DNA of 64,000 nucleotides from the human T2T-CHM13v2.0 reference genome, Homo sapiens: NCBI GenBank assembly GCA_009914755.4, contig CP086569.2, positions 62,240,001 to 62,304,000 of the forward strand, read 5' to 3'. Shown piece by piece: positions 51,516 to 64,000 of this stretch (position 1 is its first letter; each line of letters starts with the position of its first letter). The notes under the pieces were generated by a model. It saw only the letters and a program-made list of their open reading frames with translations, ran no database searches and was not told where the DNA came from. The position numbers and the translations under genes were made by a program.

Positions 51516-54500
51516 TCCTAAAAGGTTAGAAAGACAATAGCTGGCAGAAACTACACGTGTAGAAAAAAATAAACACATTCTTAGCTAGGAAGGTACCAGG
51601 AAGTATAAGTATTCTCTGTTTCCTCAAAAATCATAGTAAACTGAAGACCAAAAGATGGGTTAGATTCGTAGTTCTTCCTGAATATCCAATATTATTAAAA
51701 ATTTTTATTGTGAATATCTGGCCATCACATACTTATACTGTCTTGACTCTAAAGTACATTTTCCTACTTAAAAGCTTTGGTCTGACAGTATGAAATGGGA
51801 AGATTATTTTTCATCAGCCAACTTGGAAATGAATTTCATATAACATGCTAAGAATTGCATGAAATTCATTTCTTTTTCTTAGGGAAGATAACAGAAATCA
51901 CCTTTTAATAGTTTATTTATCTTAAATACTTTATCCAAATATAGAACTACTTCTATCCACAAAGTACATACCTAGAAAAATTCAAGAATAGAAATATCCC
52001 AGTAATATGGAGGCCAGGTTTCAGGCAACCTCAACTACTTGAAACACCACCCAGAACCTGAAAGCAAAACAGGCCTTTGAAGTACCGACCTAGCTGTCAA
52101 GTATGAACTTGCATACTTCATTTTCAAAAAGTATTCTTGCAAACTGTCATTTAGATAATATAATAGTTAATATTGTGAGTACTTATTATGCATCCATTGT
52201 TACTGTTTTCTGTACAAGAGACCATGAAATAAACTCCCAGATTCCACTGTTGGGGAAAATTTTGCCTCTCAAGATAAACACATTCTGTCAGATAATGATA
52301 ATTAAAACCAAAAAAAACAAAAATATGTACTTCTCTTTTCTATTGGCTGCTATGAAGCACAGAGATAAATTTAGCACTCATAAAAAATAAATATTTTATC
52401 CTGGATTCCTCAAATAGTTTCTCTTCTTAATTTCTAATTTCCTTTCCAATCTATTTTTAATCTATCCTACCTTATGTTTTAATACTATAGGGCATCTCAA
52501 ATCATTTTGTTAAGTTGATAAACTATGTCTTATAAATATTTATAATATTTATTTGTAGAATAAAAACAGTAAGAAAATGGATAGCAATTTAAGAGATGTC
52601 AAATATATCTCAGTAAAAAATTAGTGACCAATATAATACCAATAGAAAAACAAAACAAAGCAGAACAAGTCATTCACAAAATAATTAAAAACAAACAGCA
52701 ATAAAAATAATTTTAAAACAAAAACACTTTTACAAAGGTTTAAGTTCATTCGTAATTAATAAATGCAAGTGAAAATGAGTTAGTTATAATTTATTGCCTA
52801 TGAAACATCCACAGATAAGATAGAATGAAAATAGCAGCACTGACTAGAGTATGAAAAAGTTATTTTCATCACTTGATGTCCAGGTGTTGGAAATAAATTT
52901 TCGGTGCCACAAAAGAAATAGCACTCAAACATAAATTTTCTCAGCAAGGCAATTTTACTTCTATAGAAGGGTGTGTCTCACAGATGGAGCAATGGCGAGA
53001 ACACACCTGAACAAGGGAGGGGAAGGGATTCTTATCCCTGACACAGGTTGCTCCTACTGCTGTGTCGTTCCCCTATTGGCTAGGGTTGGACCACACAGTC
53101 TAAACTAATTCCAATTGGCCATTTTAAAGAGACCAGGTGTACAAGCCAGAGAGGCGGGGTGAGCAGTTTTGGTGGGAAAGGTGGTTATGGAACAGGTGAC
53201 TAAGGGAGACTCAGGTCAGAGCAGGTGACCAGGGGTGATTCAGGATGGAGCAGGTGACCAGGGGAACAGATGTGAACTACTGATTAGAACTGGCAGAAAG
53301 GTTGTTTACTGAAACTAGGGGCAAGGAGATGAAGAGAATGAGAAAGTTAAACTTTAAAATGGAGAACAAGGACCTGAACATACTGACATACTGATTCTTT
53401 GAAGAGAAACTTAGAACTCACTGTATTTAACACAGGGAAGGAGTAAATCAACTGGTATAATCTTTTCTGAAAAAAATCTGGCAATATACAACAATAGTTT
53501 TTAAAATTTATATATCCTTTGACTCGGAGATTCCAATTACAGAGACTTATCTGTGGCCAACTGCCACTGTTACTACTTGAGACCGTCACTATGACAGTTA
53601 CTACTGTCACTACTTGAGACCATCATTACAAGACTGAATGAAGGGACGAACATAGAAATGAAAACTTAAGACAAAAGAAACTGTTTTAAAGGAAGGGTCC
53701 AGGGGAAGAAGAAGAGAGCTCCCTGCTTCTAGTGAGCATAGGCAGCCCCTGAGCTTCCACAGCCCTTCATATTTATTGGGTAGCAAGAGCAGGGAGGAGG
53801 AGGTAATGATTGGTTGGCTGCTTAATTGATAACAGGTTCATATTATTACCAACCGGCTTCAGATGTACCTAATCGCAAGAAACACTGTGCTTGGGTCGTG
53901 ACTACCCTCAGCATTCCTTCTGGGCAGCAGATGCAGTTTGTCAGTTTACCAACATTCTGCATTGATGAGAACAGTTTGCTGCCCACTCATATAGCCTCCA
54001 GTGGTATACTGAGTTGATCACGACCCTCATTCTTTCGGCCTATGACATTTATCCTAAGGAAACATTTAAGTTTGTAGATAAAGCTTTGATTACAAGGTAT
54101 TTTATCACATTGTATACAACATAGGTAAGCCAGAAATGTAATTGTTCAACAGTAGGTGATAAGTACTGTAACACACTTACATAATAGAATACTATGTAGT
54201 ACTTAAGGTGATCTGTAAAACTATACTCAACATGGAAAGAGGTTCATAATACATTACTGAGTGAGAGAAATATATTACAAAATATTATGAATGGTATCAT
54301 CCTATGTTTGCCTTCTCTGTGCCTGCCCTACTTTTGCTGAATATCACAGGAAAAAATAACCCCACCATGTTTTATAATAAATTCATGTTCACAAACCTCA
54401 AATCAACATATTATCTGACAATCTTACCACTTTTCCCCAAGTTTACTCTTCCCACTCTTTGAGCTGATTAGTCCATAAGTATTTCTCTTTCCTCAAACCA

Positions 54501-55984
54501 CCAATACCACCTCTCCCAACTTATTCTGAGCCAATGAACTTGCTTTCCTTTTGTCATATTCTTAAAATGAAGGAGCTATCCTTTGCTTAAAGCTCAATGC
54601 CTTCTCACCATCCCCTCTTACCTTCTTTTCTCCTTTAGTCTTCCCCCTGCTGCCCTCCCTTGCTCGCATCACCAATTTTCCCATCTCTTTTAGATCCTTC
54701 TTACATGCAAATTTGTTCTGGGATATCCTAGCTTAAATAAAATCCTTTCCTGGACCTTACATCTCCATCTAGCTACCAAATTTCTTCCTCCCTTCAGGGA
54801 AAAACTTCTCAAAAGAGTTTTCTACACAAGCTATCTCTACTTCATCACCTCTTTGATGTGGCTTTTGTGAACCCAGAAAATGTCAGACAGGTCTCTCGCC
54901 CAGGTTGAGGATGCATGCCCGTGACACAGCCTCGGGAAGTCCTAAGGACATGTGCCCAAGGATGCAGCTTGGTTTTATACATTTTAGGGAGGCATGAAAC
55001 ATTAATCAAGTACATTTAAGAAATACATTGGTTTGGTCCAGAAACGCGGGACAACACAAAGAAGCGGGTGGGGGATCCAGGCCATAGGTAAATTTAAACA
55101 TTTGCTGGTTGACAATTGATTGAGTTTGTCTAAAGACTTGGGATCAATAGAAAGGAATGCTTGGGTTGTGATGAGAAGTTGCAGAAACCAAAAAGTTTTA
55201 TCATGCAAATGATGAAGCTTTTAGCTAGCAGGCTTCAGAAAGAACAGGCTGTAAAATGTTTCTTATCAGACTTAAAGTCTGTGTTGATGTTCATGCCAGA
55301 GAGGTATAATGAGGCGTGTCCAACCCCCACTTCCCTTCATGGCCTGAACCAGTCTTTCAGGTTAAATTTTAAGAGCCCTGGCCGAGGAGGAAGTCCATTT
55401 AGATGGTTGAGGGGGCCTTAGAATTTTATTTTTGGCATACACTTTTATCCCCACAATTCCAATAAAATGACACTTGAAAATATCAACAATAATATGATTC
55501 ATGGTCCCAAGTCAAGTTAACATTTTCCATCTTACTGTTACTCAACCTTTTAGCAGCATATGTATATCTGACCAAGCTCCTCTTGAAACACTCTCCTATT
55601 TCAGCTTCTGTGAGGCCACTTTCACCTGTTTTTTCTCCTACCTCTCTACACACTTTATTGACTTGTCCTGTTATGGTTGTTATTCCTCGATAAGACCTCT
55701 GAATATCGAAATTCCTGTGGGCTAGATGCTGGACCCTCTCGTATACATTTCTACCTTGGATGATCTCATTCCTGTCCATGGGTTTATATGCCAACTATGT
55801 GCTCATAACATCCAAATTTATATCTGTAACTCTGACATTTATGATTTCTGGCATCTAATTAATAAATGTTTGTTTTAAAAAATGTCACACACACACATAC
55901 ACAGAAAGTTCCCATTATCCAAGGACAGCTGGCACTGAAAATGCCACCAGAAGGGAATCAACTTAATAGGGGAACAAAATTTCA

Positions 55985-56180
55985 TCAGAAATGATAGAAA
56001 AGAAGTTTTATTTGGGACTTTAGAAAACTAAAACCAAAAATTATTAAATTAAGCTTATTTAATCTTATTTTAATTTAAAATATTTAAATTTAAAATAATT
56101 TAAATTTTAATTTAAAATATAATTAATATAATTATATTAAAATATAATTAATTTAAAATTTAATTTTAATTGCAGCTATG
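55985..56180 (+). repeat. AT-rich low-complexity region built from AATTTAAAAT / AATATAATTA motifs
   Basis: 'AATTAAGCTTATTTAATCTTATTTTAATTTAAAATATTTAAATTTAAAATAATTTAAATTTTAATTTAAAATATAATTAATATAATTATATTAAAATATAATTAATTTAAAATTTAATTTTAATTG'. Confidence 0.85.
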
Positions 56181-58304
56181 CAATAATTTTTAGAATGGAC
56201 AAAGAATGAAATAAGAACTATTTGAGGGATTTGGGGTAGTTCTCTGATAAAAGTGTTGAATGATACAGTATCCTTTACCTCATAAATAGGGTTATTTTTA
56301 CCAAAACGTTTGAACAATTCACTGTTTCCTCCAAAGGTCTCTCATTAATTGGATATTCAAAATACCCATCACTCATCATCCAAGTGGATTTTTTTCACTT
56401 CAACTTAACTGATTTAAATCGTTTTTCATTGGCTTTGACATATTGAAATAGTTATCCAATACCACTTTCAACTTTATGAAATCCTGTGTATTTTCCAAGA
56501 TTTATAATTCTACATTGCAATTAATTTCTTTTTTTTATTGTTAACATTCAATAGTCAACAGAGGACCAGTGATATGATGGACAATAATACGTGCTATTGT
56601 TTAGCAGAAAGGGGTTTTTGAGGAGGACTAATTTTATAAGTGGTTAATTTACTGGTGAAAATTTCTATGGTATAAGGGACTTTTCTTTACTATACATCAT
56701 AACTTATAAGCACTCAGAAAAAAATTAAAAATAATTGTATATACACATACACACATGCACATGTCTACACATGTATATATAAAGTCTTGTGAGATAGAGG
56801 CCCCAAATTGCAGGATGAAAGTTGATTTTTATATTTTTCTTATTTCCTGTGACATTTTCTGATTTTTTTCTTATTTCCTGTGAACATTTTTTGATTTTTC
56901 TATTACTGGTCATGCATGACTTGTATAAATAAACTATCATGACTTATTAAATGAAAGTAGGCTTTGAATAGTGTTTGAAAACAATGAGGTTTATAGTCCC
57001 TGTCTGGTGACAGCTTTCATTTGCATTTGTATCACAAACTGTCAACTGAAATTAGACCTTGGTAGTCATGTAATTCTAGAGTCATTAAGCCCAAAATTAC
57101 AGGGTACCAGTTGCTAGGGACAAATAACAGACTTGAAACTACAACATGAGAGATTAAGGTTATATTTACTAAAGAATATTCTGACAGTTCATGTTGTTAA
57201 TTCTGGAAGCATGACTGCAAACTGAAAAATCTGACTCCAGTTTAGAATTAAATCAAATCCCATTTTGAGATTTGAGGATTAAATAAATAGGTTGTCATAG
57301 TCTCTGCTTTTTCAGCATTTTCTAAACCATGTTGCTTATCAGAATCATCTGGGTCTCTTGCTACAAATACAGATCCTCATGTTGCACCCTCAAAAATGTG
57401 ACTTTGTAGGCCAGGAATATCAGCTAACCATAGGTGATTCTGAAGTAGCTTATCGATACAACCGTGTTTAGGAATCAATGTTTTAGGCCAATGGTTCTAG
57501 GAAGAAATCACCAAGCCCTTGGTGAATGAACATTTACACTCACTTCATGATCACATAACAGAGAGTTTCCTAGGGTATGGTCCTCTTTGGGCAATACAAA
57601 TTGTGATACAATTTCTACTTGTATCAACTGCCTATCCTTCCCAACCAAAAAAAAGTGAGAATCAACAGTGTTACTCCTCAGTATCAAGCACCAAAAAATA
57701 GAATGCAGCAAAATTTGAAAGGGAAAAGCAGTCACTTAAAGCAAACCTTTTGTCAGACTCCAATACATCCAGATCATAAAAAATTTAAAACTGAAAGAAT
57801 TCTTAGACCAGCTAATTCAACCTCATAATTTTACAGATGAGAGTCAGAGAAATGAAGTCATATGATAGTGGCAGAGTTGTTACAAAACCCAGGACACAAG
57901 TACTCTTACACTTGTGTGTTTTTCCACTTTACCATGTATTTAATGAATCCATTATGAATATTATTGGAGTTCCTTGAGAGCATGTATCTCTACTACTTAG
58001 CACACTTCCTGGCACATGATGCCTGGGTAAAAGTTTGTTGAATTGAATGCTCTGTTTAAACTCCAAGTAGTAAAAATTAAAGTCATGGTGATAGCTTCTA
58101 AACATATTTACCTAGAATGTTGGCCTTTCTAATTTGTCGGAGTAAAGCTGTGTGAATAACTCTCTCAATAAATCTGGGACAACTGAATTATGTTGCCTTA
58201 ATGACTGAAAAAAAGAGAAGTCCCTTTTGTGGGATTTACTACGTAAGTAGTGACGTTTTCCCTATTACATCTCTGCCCCCACTCATCCTTGAAGATGCAG
58301 TTCG

Positions 58305-58418
58305 GCTGTGAAGTCAGCTTGCTGTGAAGTCAGCTTGCTGTGAAGTCAGCTTGCTGTGAAGTCAGCTTGCTGTGAAGTCAGCTTGCTGTGAAGTCAGCTT
58401 GCTGTGAAGTCAGCTTGC
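58305..58418 (+). repeat. Minisatellite: 16-bp unit GCTGTGAAGTCAGCTT x 7 perfect copies (plus a partial)
   Basis: 58305-58416 is seven head-to-tail identical 16-mers, terminated by 'GCGCTTGG'. Confidence 0.95.
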
Positions 58419-59469
58419 GCTTGGCCACAGAGGAAGCTGCATTGTATTAATATAAAGGGTACTTTGGAGACAAAACAGAGTTGCATTTGATTTTCAGCTT
58501 TGCTATTAAGGTACTTAACCTCTTTAAACCTAAGTTTTCTCACCATTGTTCACTATATCCTTAGATATATCTACACCATGGACATGTCTATGGATTGTTT
58601 TTAAAATTCTACTTGTTGCTGGAATTTCAAGAAATGGACTTCAAGATGATACTACCCAGGATTGTTGGAATATTCATTGAAACCATGTATATTTTTCAAA
58701 AAACAGAATGTAAGAAATCTTGCCTGACATATAAGGGGAACTCAACAAATGCAGTCTCCAAGAGGACAGGAACTTTGTTTTGTGTACTGTTGTATTAGTG
58801 CCTTGGACATAGCAGAAACTCAACAAATAATGCTCATGTGTTTCCCTTCCTTCCTCTGCCTACTTTGTTAATAAAATATATTTCATATCAACTATCATTG
58901 TATCATGCATAAATATTCTTCACGTCTCTTAAATTTGTGTGACTTTCCATTATACTTAGAAATTTACTGTCTTCTTACGAAAAGTATTTCCATCTCTCAA
59001 CAAAGTTAATGATCTGCACAGCTGTGTCAAGAAGATGTAGTAATGTTCAATGTAGGAAGATGAACAATTTGAAAAACACACACACATTCCCTGATTTCAT
59101 TCGTGTCACATATGGACTCATGGCTTTCAAACACTCAAACATAACATGAAAACCATTACCTTCGCATTCGAGCTACCTGAAGTTTTTGTTTTTTTCCTTA
59201 CAGGGAACCACCGCAAGCACAGATTTGAAATAAAATTGAGGGCAGTAGTATCAGGAAAAAAATCGTTGGGAATGTGTTGGAGAGAGTAAGGGTCCAGCAG
59301 GCAGCTGCGTTCTGGCTGGACTTGCAGTCCTACCTCCGTGGCCCCAAACTCGGGGGTGATTTAGAGCAACGCCTTTGGGCCTTACTGTTTTAGACTATGG
59401 GGGTGCACTCCATCGGTGGTTTTCCCCCATTATTTTAACCACAGTCTCCTTTCTTTCAGAGAAGTGCTC

Positions 59470-59760
59470 CGTGTGAATCTCGAGCTGGGTGGGGAGGAGA
59501 AAAAAGAAAACCAAAGCCAATCTGGTCTCCTTGCATCTCGAAAAAGGTCACACGATCCGTCGCTTTGCCGCCGCTCTCCGGAGTCCCGGGCCACGACCTC
59601 GCATTCAGAAGTCACGTTCAGCATCTAAAGGTAGCGGTCCTCGAGTCCACTCCCCGCTGGAGTGAAGAGAACAACGGGGAGGACGCCTTCCCAGAGCAGC
59701 TGCCGCCGGTCCCTGTCCCCGGCTCGCTTCAAGCTCTGCAGCTGCTGGGGCATTTCTGAT
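59470..59760 (+). promoter_or_regulatory. CpG island-like segment (core ~300 bp; wider CpG-enriched zone ~59270-60110) with a downstream Sp1 GC-box (60019-60024); candidate promoter / first exon
   Basis: Hand count for 59461-59760: G=85, C=92 (59% GC), 22 CpG, obs/exp ~0.84, against near-zero CpG in surrounding non-Alu DNA; 'GAGGGGCGGAGTC' at 60015-60027. Confidence 0.5.
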
Positions 59761-61152
59761 GAGGGCCCTGGGAGGTACACTCTGAAACATTCCGCCCCTT
59801 GCTAGTATTTACTCACTGTCTTCCAACCTTTTTGCTGTGGAATGCGTGCTCCATGCTCCCTGTCCCCATCTTGGGAGGAGGCAGGAACCGAGATGAAGGA
59901 GGAGCGCAGAAGCAAACACTTTATGTGCCCAACTGGAACTGTTCGCTTTGGTCAACCAACACTGATTGCTCATTCCTCTGTGTTCCCTCTTAAACAGCTT
60001 CTGAAAATTGCTCGAGAGGGGCGGAGTCAGGAAGCCAAGAGCGTGGGAGGCAAATCTCAGCCCCCTCGCTGTCTGTGAGGCTAGAAGCCTCGGTTTTCCT
60101 TATCTGGAAAAGGGGGTTGCTGATAATAATAATTACTTCACACCATTACTGCGATGATTAAATGCAGTAATATATATCTATCTTAGAATACTGTTTGGTA
60201 CTGAGGAGTGTTAGCCCTTGTCATTAGTATGCATTCTGTCAACAAACTGTAATTGAGCACAAGCTCTGTGCTACCCTGAGGAGATAAGAGTGGTGAACAA
60301 GACTAATAACGTTCCTGCCCATATGAAATGTATATCCTAATGATGGTAAATGAAAAATAAGCTAGTAAACAATAAAAACATAATTATTTTAATTATCATA
60401 AGAAAATAAAACAAGAAAATATGTACAGAGTGAACATGTGGCAAGTGGCTAATGAAAAGCCAGTGGTCATGGAAAGTCCATCTGAGGAGGGGCCTGAATA
60501 ACAAGAAAGACATGCACACAGATCTGCAGGTTCAGCATTCAGTGCAGAGTAAACAGCTGACGCAAAAACTCAAAGGTGAGTGCATGCTTGGTCTGTTCCA
60601 AGGTGAAAATCATGCACTTATTACATGACAATGACTTAAAGATGTATTTCTATCCCTGCACATGTAGGGACAATTTATATGGGCATCTTCATTCTCGCCA
60701 AGAGTTGGAGAACGGGAAAGATATGGGAACCTGTCCCAGCTGTTTTCTCATTATTAAAGTGATTGATGACAAAGATCAGTATATGCGCAGAGAAACAGAT
60801 CCAGCACCTTTCACCAACAGATAATTCGTTAAATGCTGAAGGATTTTTAGCCAAAATCCTGAACAACTGGAAATAAGCCAAGGCGGAAAAAAATCTAATG
60901 CCAAGTTACAGACCTTTTTCATGAGGACACCAGTTTTGTGGTTTACCATTCCATTAGAGTATGCATTCTTTTTTAAAAACATTTATTTAATTTTTAAATT
61001 TTAGATTCAAGTGGTATGTGTGCAGGTTTGTTACAAGGGTATATTGCATAATGCTGACTTTGAGCTCCTAGTGAACCCATTGCCCAAATAGTGAACATAG
61101 TACCCAATAAGGTAGTTTTTCAGGGGAAAGAAACTGCTCTATTAAAAAGAAA

Positions 61153-61625
61153 CCTTGCACTCATATGTTTATTGCAGCACTATTCACAATAGTAAAGTCA
61201 TAGAATCAACCTAAGTGCCTATCAACGGTGGAGTGGATACAGAAAATGTGGAACATATACACCATGGAATATTAGGCAGTCATAATAAAGAATGAAATCA
61301 TGTCCTTGGCAGCAACATGGATGCAGCTGGAGGCCATTATTCTAAGTGAATTAACATAGAAATAGAAAACATAGGCCATTATTCTAAGTGAATTAGCAAA
61401 GAAAGTGAAATTAACATAGAAATAATTTCTATGTTAATAGGAATTAACATAGAAATAATTTCTATGTTAATAGGAATTAACATAGAAATAGAAAATCAAA
61501 TACTACATGTTCTCACTTATAAGTGAGAGCTAAACAGTGGGTATACATGGACATTAAGATTGAAATAAGAGTATGGATTATTAATATCAATCAAAGAAGA
61601 GAACCAACAGATGGGAATACCCTCA
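61153..61625 (+). mobile_element. Older L1 3'-end fragment (ORF2 C-terminus onward) with internal palindromic tandem duplications at ~61333-61495
   Basis: 'CCTTGCACTCATATGTTTATTGCAGCACTATTCACAATAGTAAAGTCATAGAATCAACCTAAGTGCCTATCAACGGTGGAGTGGATACAGAAAATGTGGAACATATACACCATGGAATATTAGGCAGTCATAATAAAGAATGAAATCATGTCCTTGGCAGCAACATGGATGCAGCTGGAGGCCATTATTCTAAGTGAATTAAC...' ; preceded at 61000-61140 by an antisense older-L1 3'UTR-like piece. Confidence 0.55.
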
Positions 61626-62910
61626 TTTTATGCTTAGAACTTTGAACTGGAATTGTTCTTAATTTTCCATCAAAATTTTAAGAGAAGATAATTTAAAAAA
61701 CTGTGCTGTCCTTCAGTTTCATCATTTTATGTCTTAAAACTAATCACTCAATATCTGATAGCAACAGTATCTATCTCAAAGTCATTAGTATACCTTGGTT
61801 ATTAAGATAATTCAAATTAGCCCTTCCAGTGAAGTTGACATCATCTTTGCTATTTTTAGAAACTTTGAAACTTAAGAAAATGAGTTGCTTCTTCACTGCT
61901 ACACTTCCACTTTCTGCACCAAGCCTTGGGCTTGCCCTTAGGCTTTCCTTTTTAGAATGTTCGTTTTCTGTGAAGCAGGCCTTTTCTGTTACTCTCCATG
62001 CAATGCGTTAGTTGTGGCTTTAAAGAGAAAAATTAGCTCCCAGTTTCTCCAGAGCTACAAGTTACTCGGTAAGAAAGAGAAGTCAAAAAGTGAAATAGTC
62101 TCAGAATTTGGAGTTTCTATATGAATATTCCATAGGTTTCTTAAATATTAGGAAAAGATAAAAAGACAAGCAGCCAGGGGAGGTGAAATTGGTAACAGAA
62201 TGAGAGGAGCAAAACATGCTAACTTAGTAAATAAAACACTTGAATAACTTTGCCACATCAGAGCAGGTATTTCTATATCTGCATGCTCACGAGTTTTTAG
62301 AAAAGGCTAATGAAACTGCTCTCCAGATGGGAGTTGATGTCAAGTCTTATGGCAAGTGACAATGCTTTTGGCATTATCACAATATCATGTCACTTCACCT
62401 AAAAGGTGAAGAATCTACAATAACTCTGTTTGCTGAAGATCTTGAAAGTAGGAAGTGAAATCTGAATAGAGATACCCATGGGGCACATCTACTACACCTC
62501 TGTAATCCGCAACCAAACCAGAGGCATTCTCTGACAGAAAAATATTTCTTTGGACAAAAATAAATATATAAAGAGAGTTGGGTCATCAGCCTTCTTTTGC
62601 CAGAGTGCTGAGAAGAACAAGAAATTTAAATAATCTATATGAAGAATTTAAAATTTCCTTTATATACACAATTTAACTGTGTGCATATAAAATTAACAAA
62701 AATGCACTGATATCTAGCAGGTTGTTTAGGGAATGGCTCCTATAATTAGAGAGAAAAACGGCTTGCCAGAACGTGAACACTCTATTACCAATAGCTGCAC
62801 ATAGTCATTGAAGGTTTAAATCAAACACATCTGTGGCCTTTAAAAAAATTTTTTGCCTGCCAGCACCATGGCTACAAGCAGCTATTAAACTGAGATATAA
62901 TAAATAATCA

Positions 62911-63216
<306 letters not shown>

Positions 63217-63593
63217 TAATTATTCACAACTGCTTTGCAAAAGTTCATGTTAGAACCACAGATGGCTCAGATGAACAAAGGAAGATATGTGACGACTCTA
63301 ACTGGAATAAGCTGCAACCAAAAATATGTCCCATACTCAAATGTCAATTATTTTATAGCTATTGATAATGTGTTAGTTCCCTCTACGGATTGTGAATTTC
63401 AAAAGAGAACAGGTATCCTTGATGTAGGTCTGTTTTCAGCATAGTATAAGAGGAAGAAAAGTTGCCTAAGTCCAAACATCCAGGAGAAAAGAAGCATGAA
63501 CAGCAATGGCAATCAGTGATACACTGCAATCATGTGATTTTGATTCAAAAGCAACAGAATCACTAGATTTGTTTGTAAACCACAAAATAACAC

Positions 63594-63912
63594 ATCACGT
63601 GAAGCTGGAAGCCATTATCCTCACCAAACTAATGCAGGAACAGAAAATCAAACACTGCATGTTCTCACTTGTAAGTGGGAGCTAAACAATGCGAACACAT
63701 AGACACAGGGAAGAGAACAACACACACTGGGGCCTGTCGGGGTGGGGTTGGGGGAGGGAGAGCATCAGGAAAAATAGCTAATGCATGCTGGGCTTTAATA
63801 CCTAGGTGATGGGTTGATAGGTGCAGCAAATTACCATGGCACACATTTACCTGTATAACAAACCTGCACATCCTACACATGTACCCCAGAACTTATAATA
63901 AAATAAAAATAA
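63594..63912 (+). mobile_element. L1PA-type 3' end fragment
   Basis: ..KLEAIILTKLMQEQKIKHCMFSLVSGS.. then 'GGGGCCTGTCGGGGTGGGGTTGGGGGAGGGAGAGCATCAGGAAAAATAGCTAATGCATGCTGGGCTTTAATACCTAGGTGATGGGTTGATAGGTGCAGCAAATTACCATGGCACACATTTACCTGTATAACAAACCTGCACATCCTACACATGTACCCCAGAACTTATAATAAAATAAAAATAAG'. Confidence 0.85.
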
Positions 63913-64000
63913 GTAGGATAGAGGACAAACTGCTAAATCTAAGATGCATATTTGCAGCACTGCCTAGCATAGTAATAATTTAGAACATCTGGCAGCCCTT

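Noticed and set aside
58305-58418. Possible CRISPR-like array (regularly repeated 16-mers)
   Set aside because: The repeats are directly abutting with no spacers, and the context is primate nuclear DNA. It is a minisatellite, not CRISPR.

Overview
This window is primate (human-type) nuclear genomic DNA, not a prokaryotic locus: AT-rich, strongly CpG-depleted, and mostly made of interspersed repeats. It holds at least 22 Alu SINEs, several with recognisable target-site duplications (TSDs) and at least three near-consensus CpG-intact AluY copies. It also holds many LINE-1 fragments of different ages on both strands, including a near full-length older L1 (~4.2-11.4 kb) nested inside another L1. 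A 3.76-kb 5'-truncated L1PA lies on the minus strand (36.6-40.4 kb). Two complete THE1/MST-type MaLR LTR retroelements are present (18.3-20.6 kb and 26.8-29.0 kb), each with both LTRs and intact 5-bp TSDs. A solitary LTR12 (HERV9-type LTR) with a tandem CCAAT-box array lies at 50.15-51.25 kb. There are MIR fragments, microsatellites and a perfect 16-bp x 7 minisatellite. The only clearly gene-derived sequence is an intronless, disabled retrocopy of S-adenosylmethionine decarboxylase (AMD1) on the minus strand (13.07-14.77 kb), which retains a remnant of the 5'-UTR MAGDIS uORF. I recognise no intact protein-coding exon, tRNA or rRNA, no CRISPR array and no operon-like system. Nearly all six-frame ORFs in the supplied track are translations of Alu, L1, LTR or simple-repeat sequence. 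The most noteworthy non-repeat signal is a compact CpG island-like segment (core ~59.47-59.76 kb, about 59% GC, CpG obs/exp ~0.84) with an Sp1 GC-box and flanking splice-site-like motifs. It is a candidate orphan promoter or first exon, possibly of a non-coding transcript. The LTR12 lies about 8 kb upstream on the same strand. Coordinates of old, fragmented repeats are approximate (tens of bp), and subfamily names are recalled from consensus sequences, not from a search.
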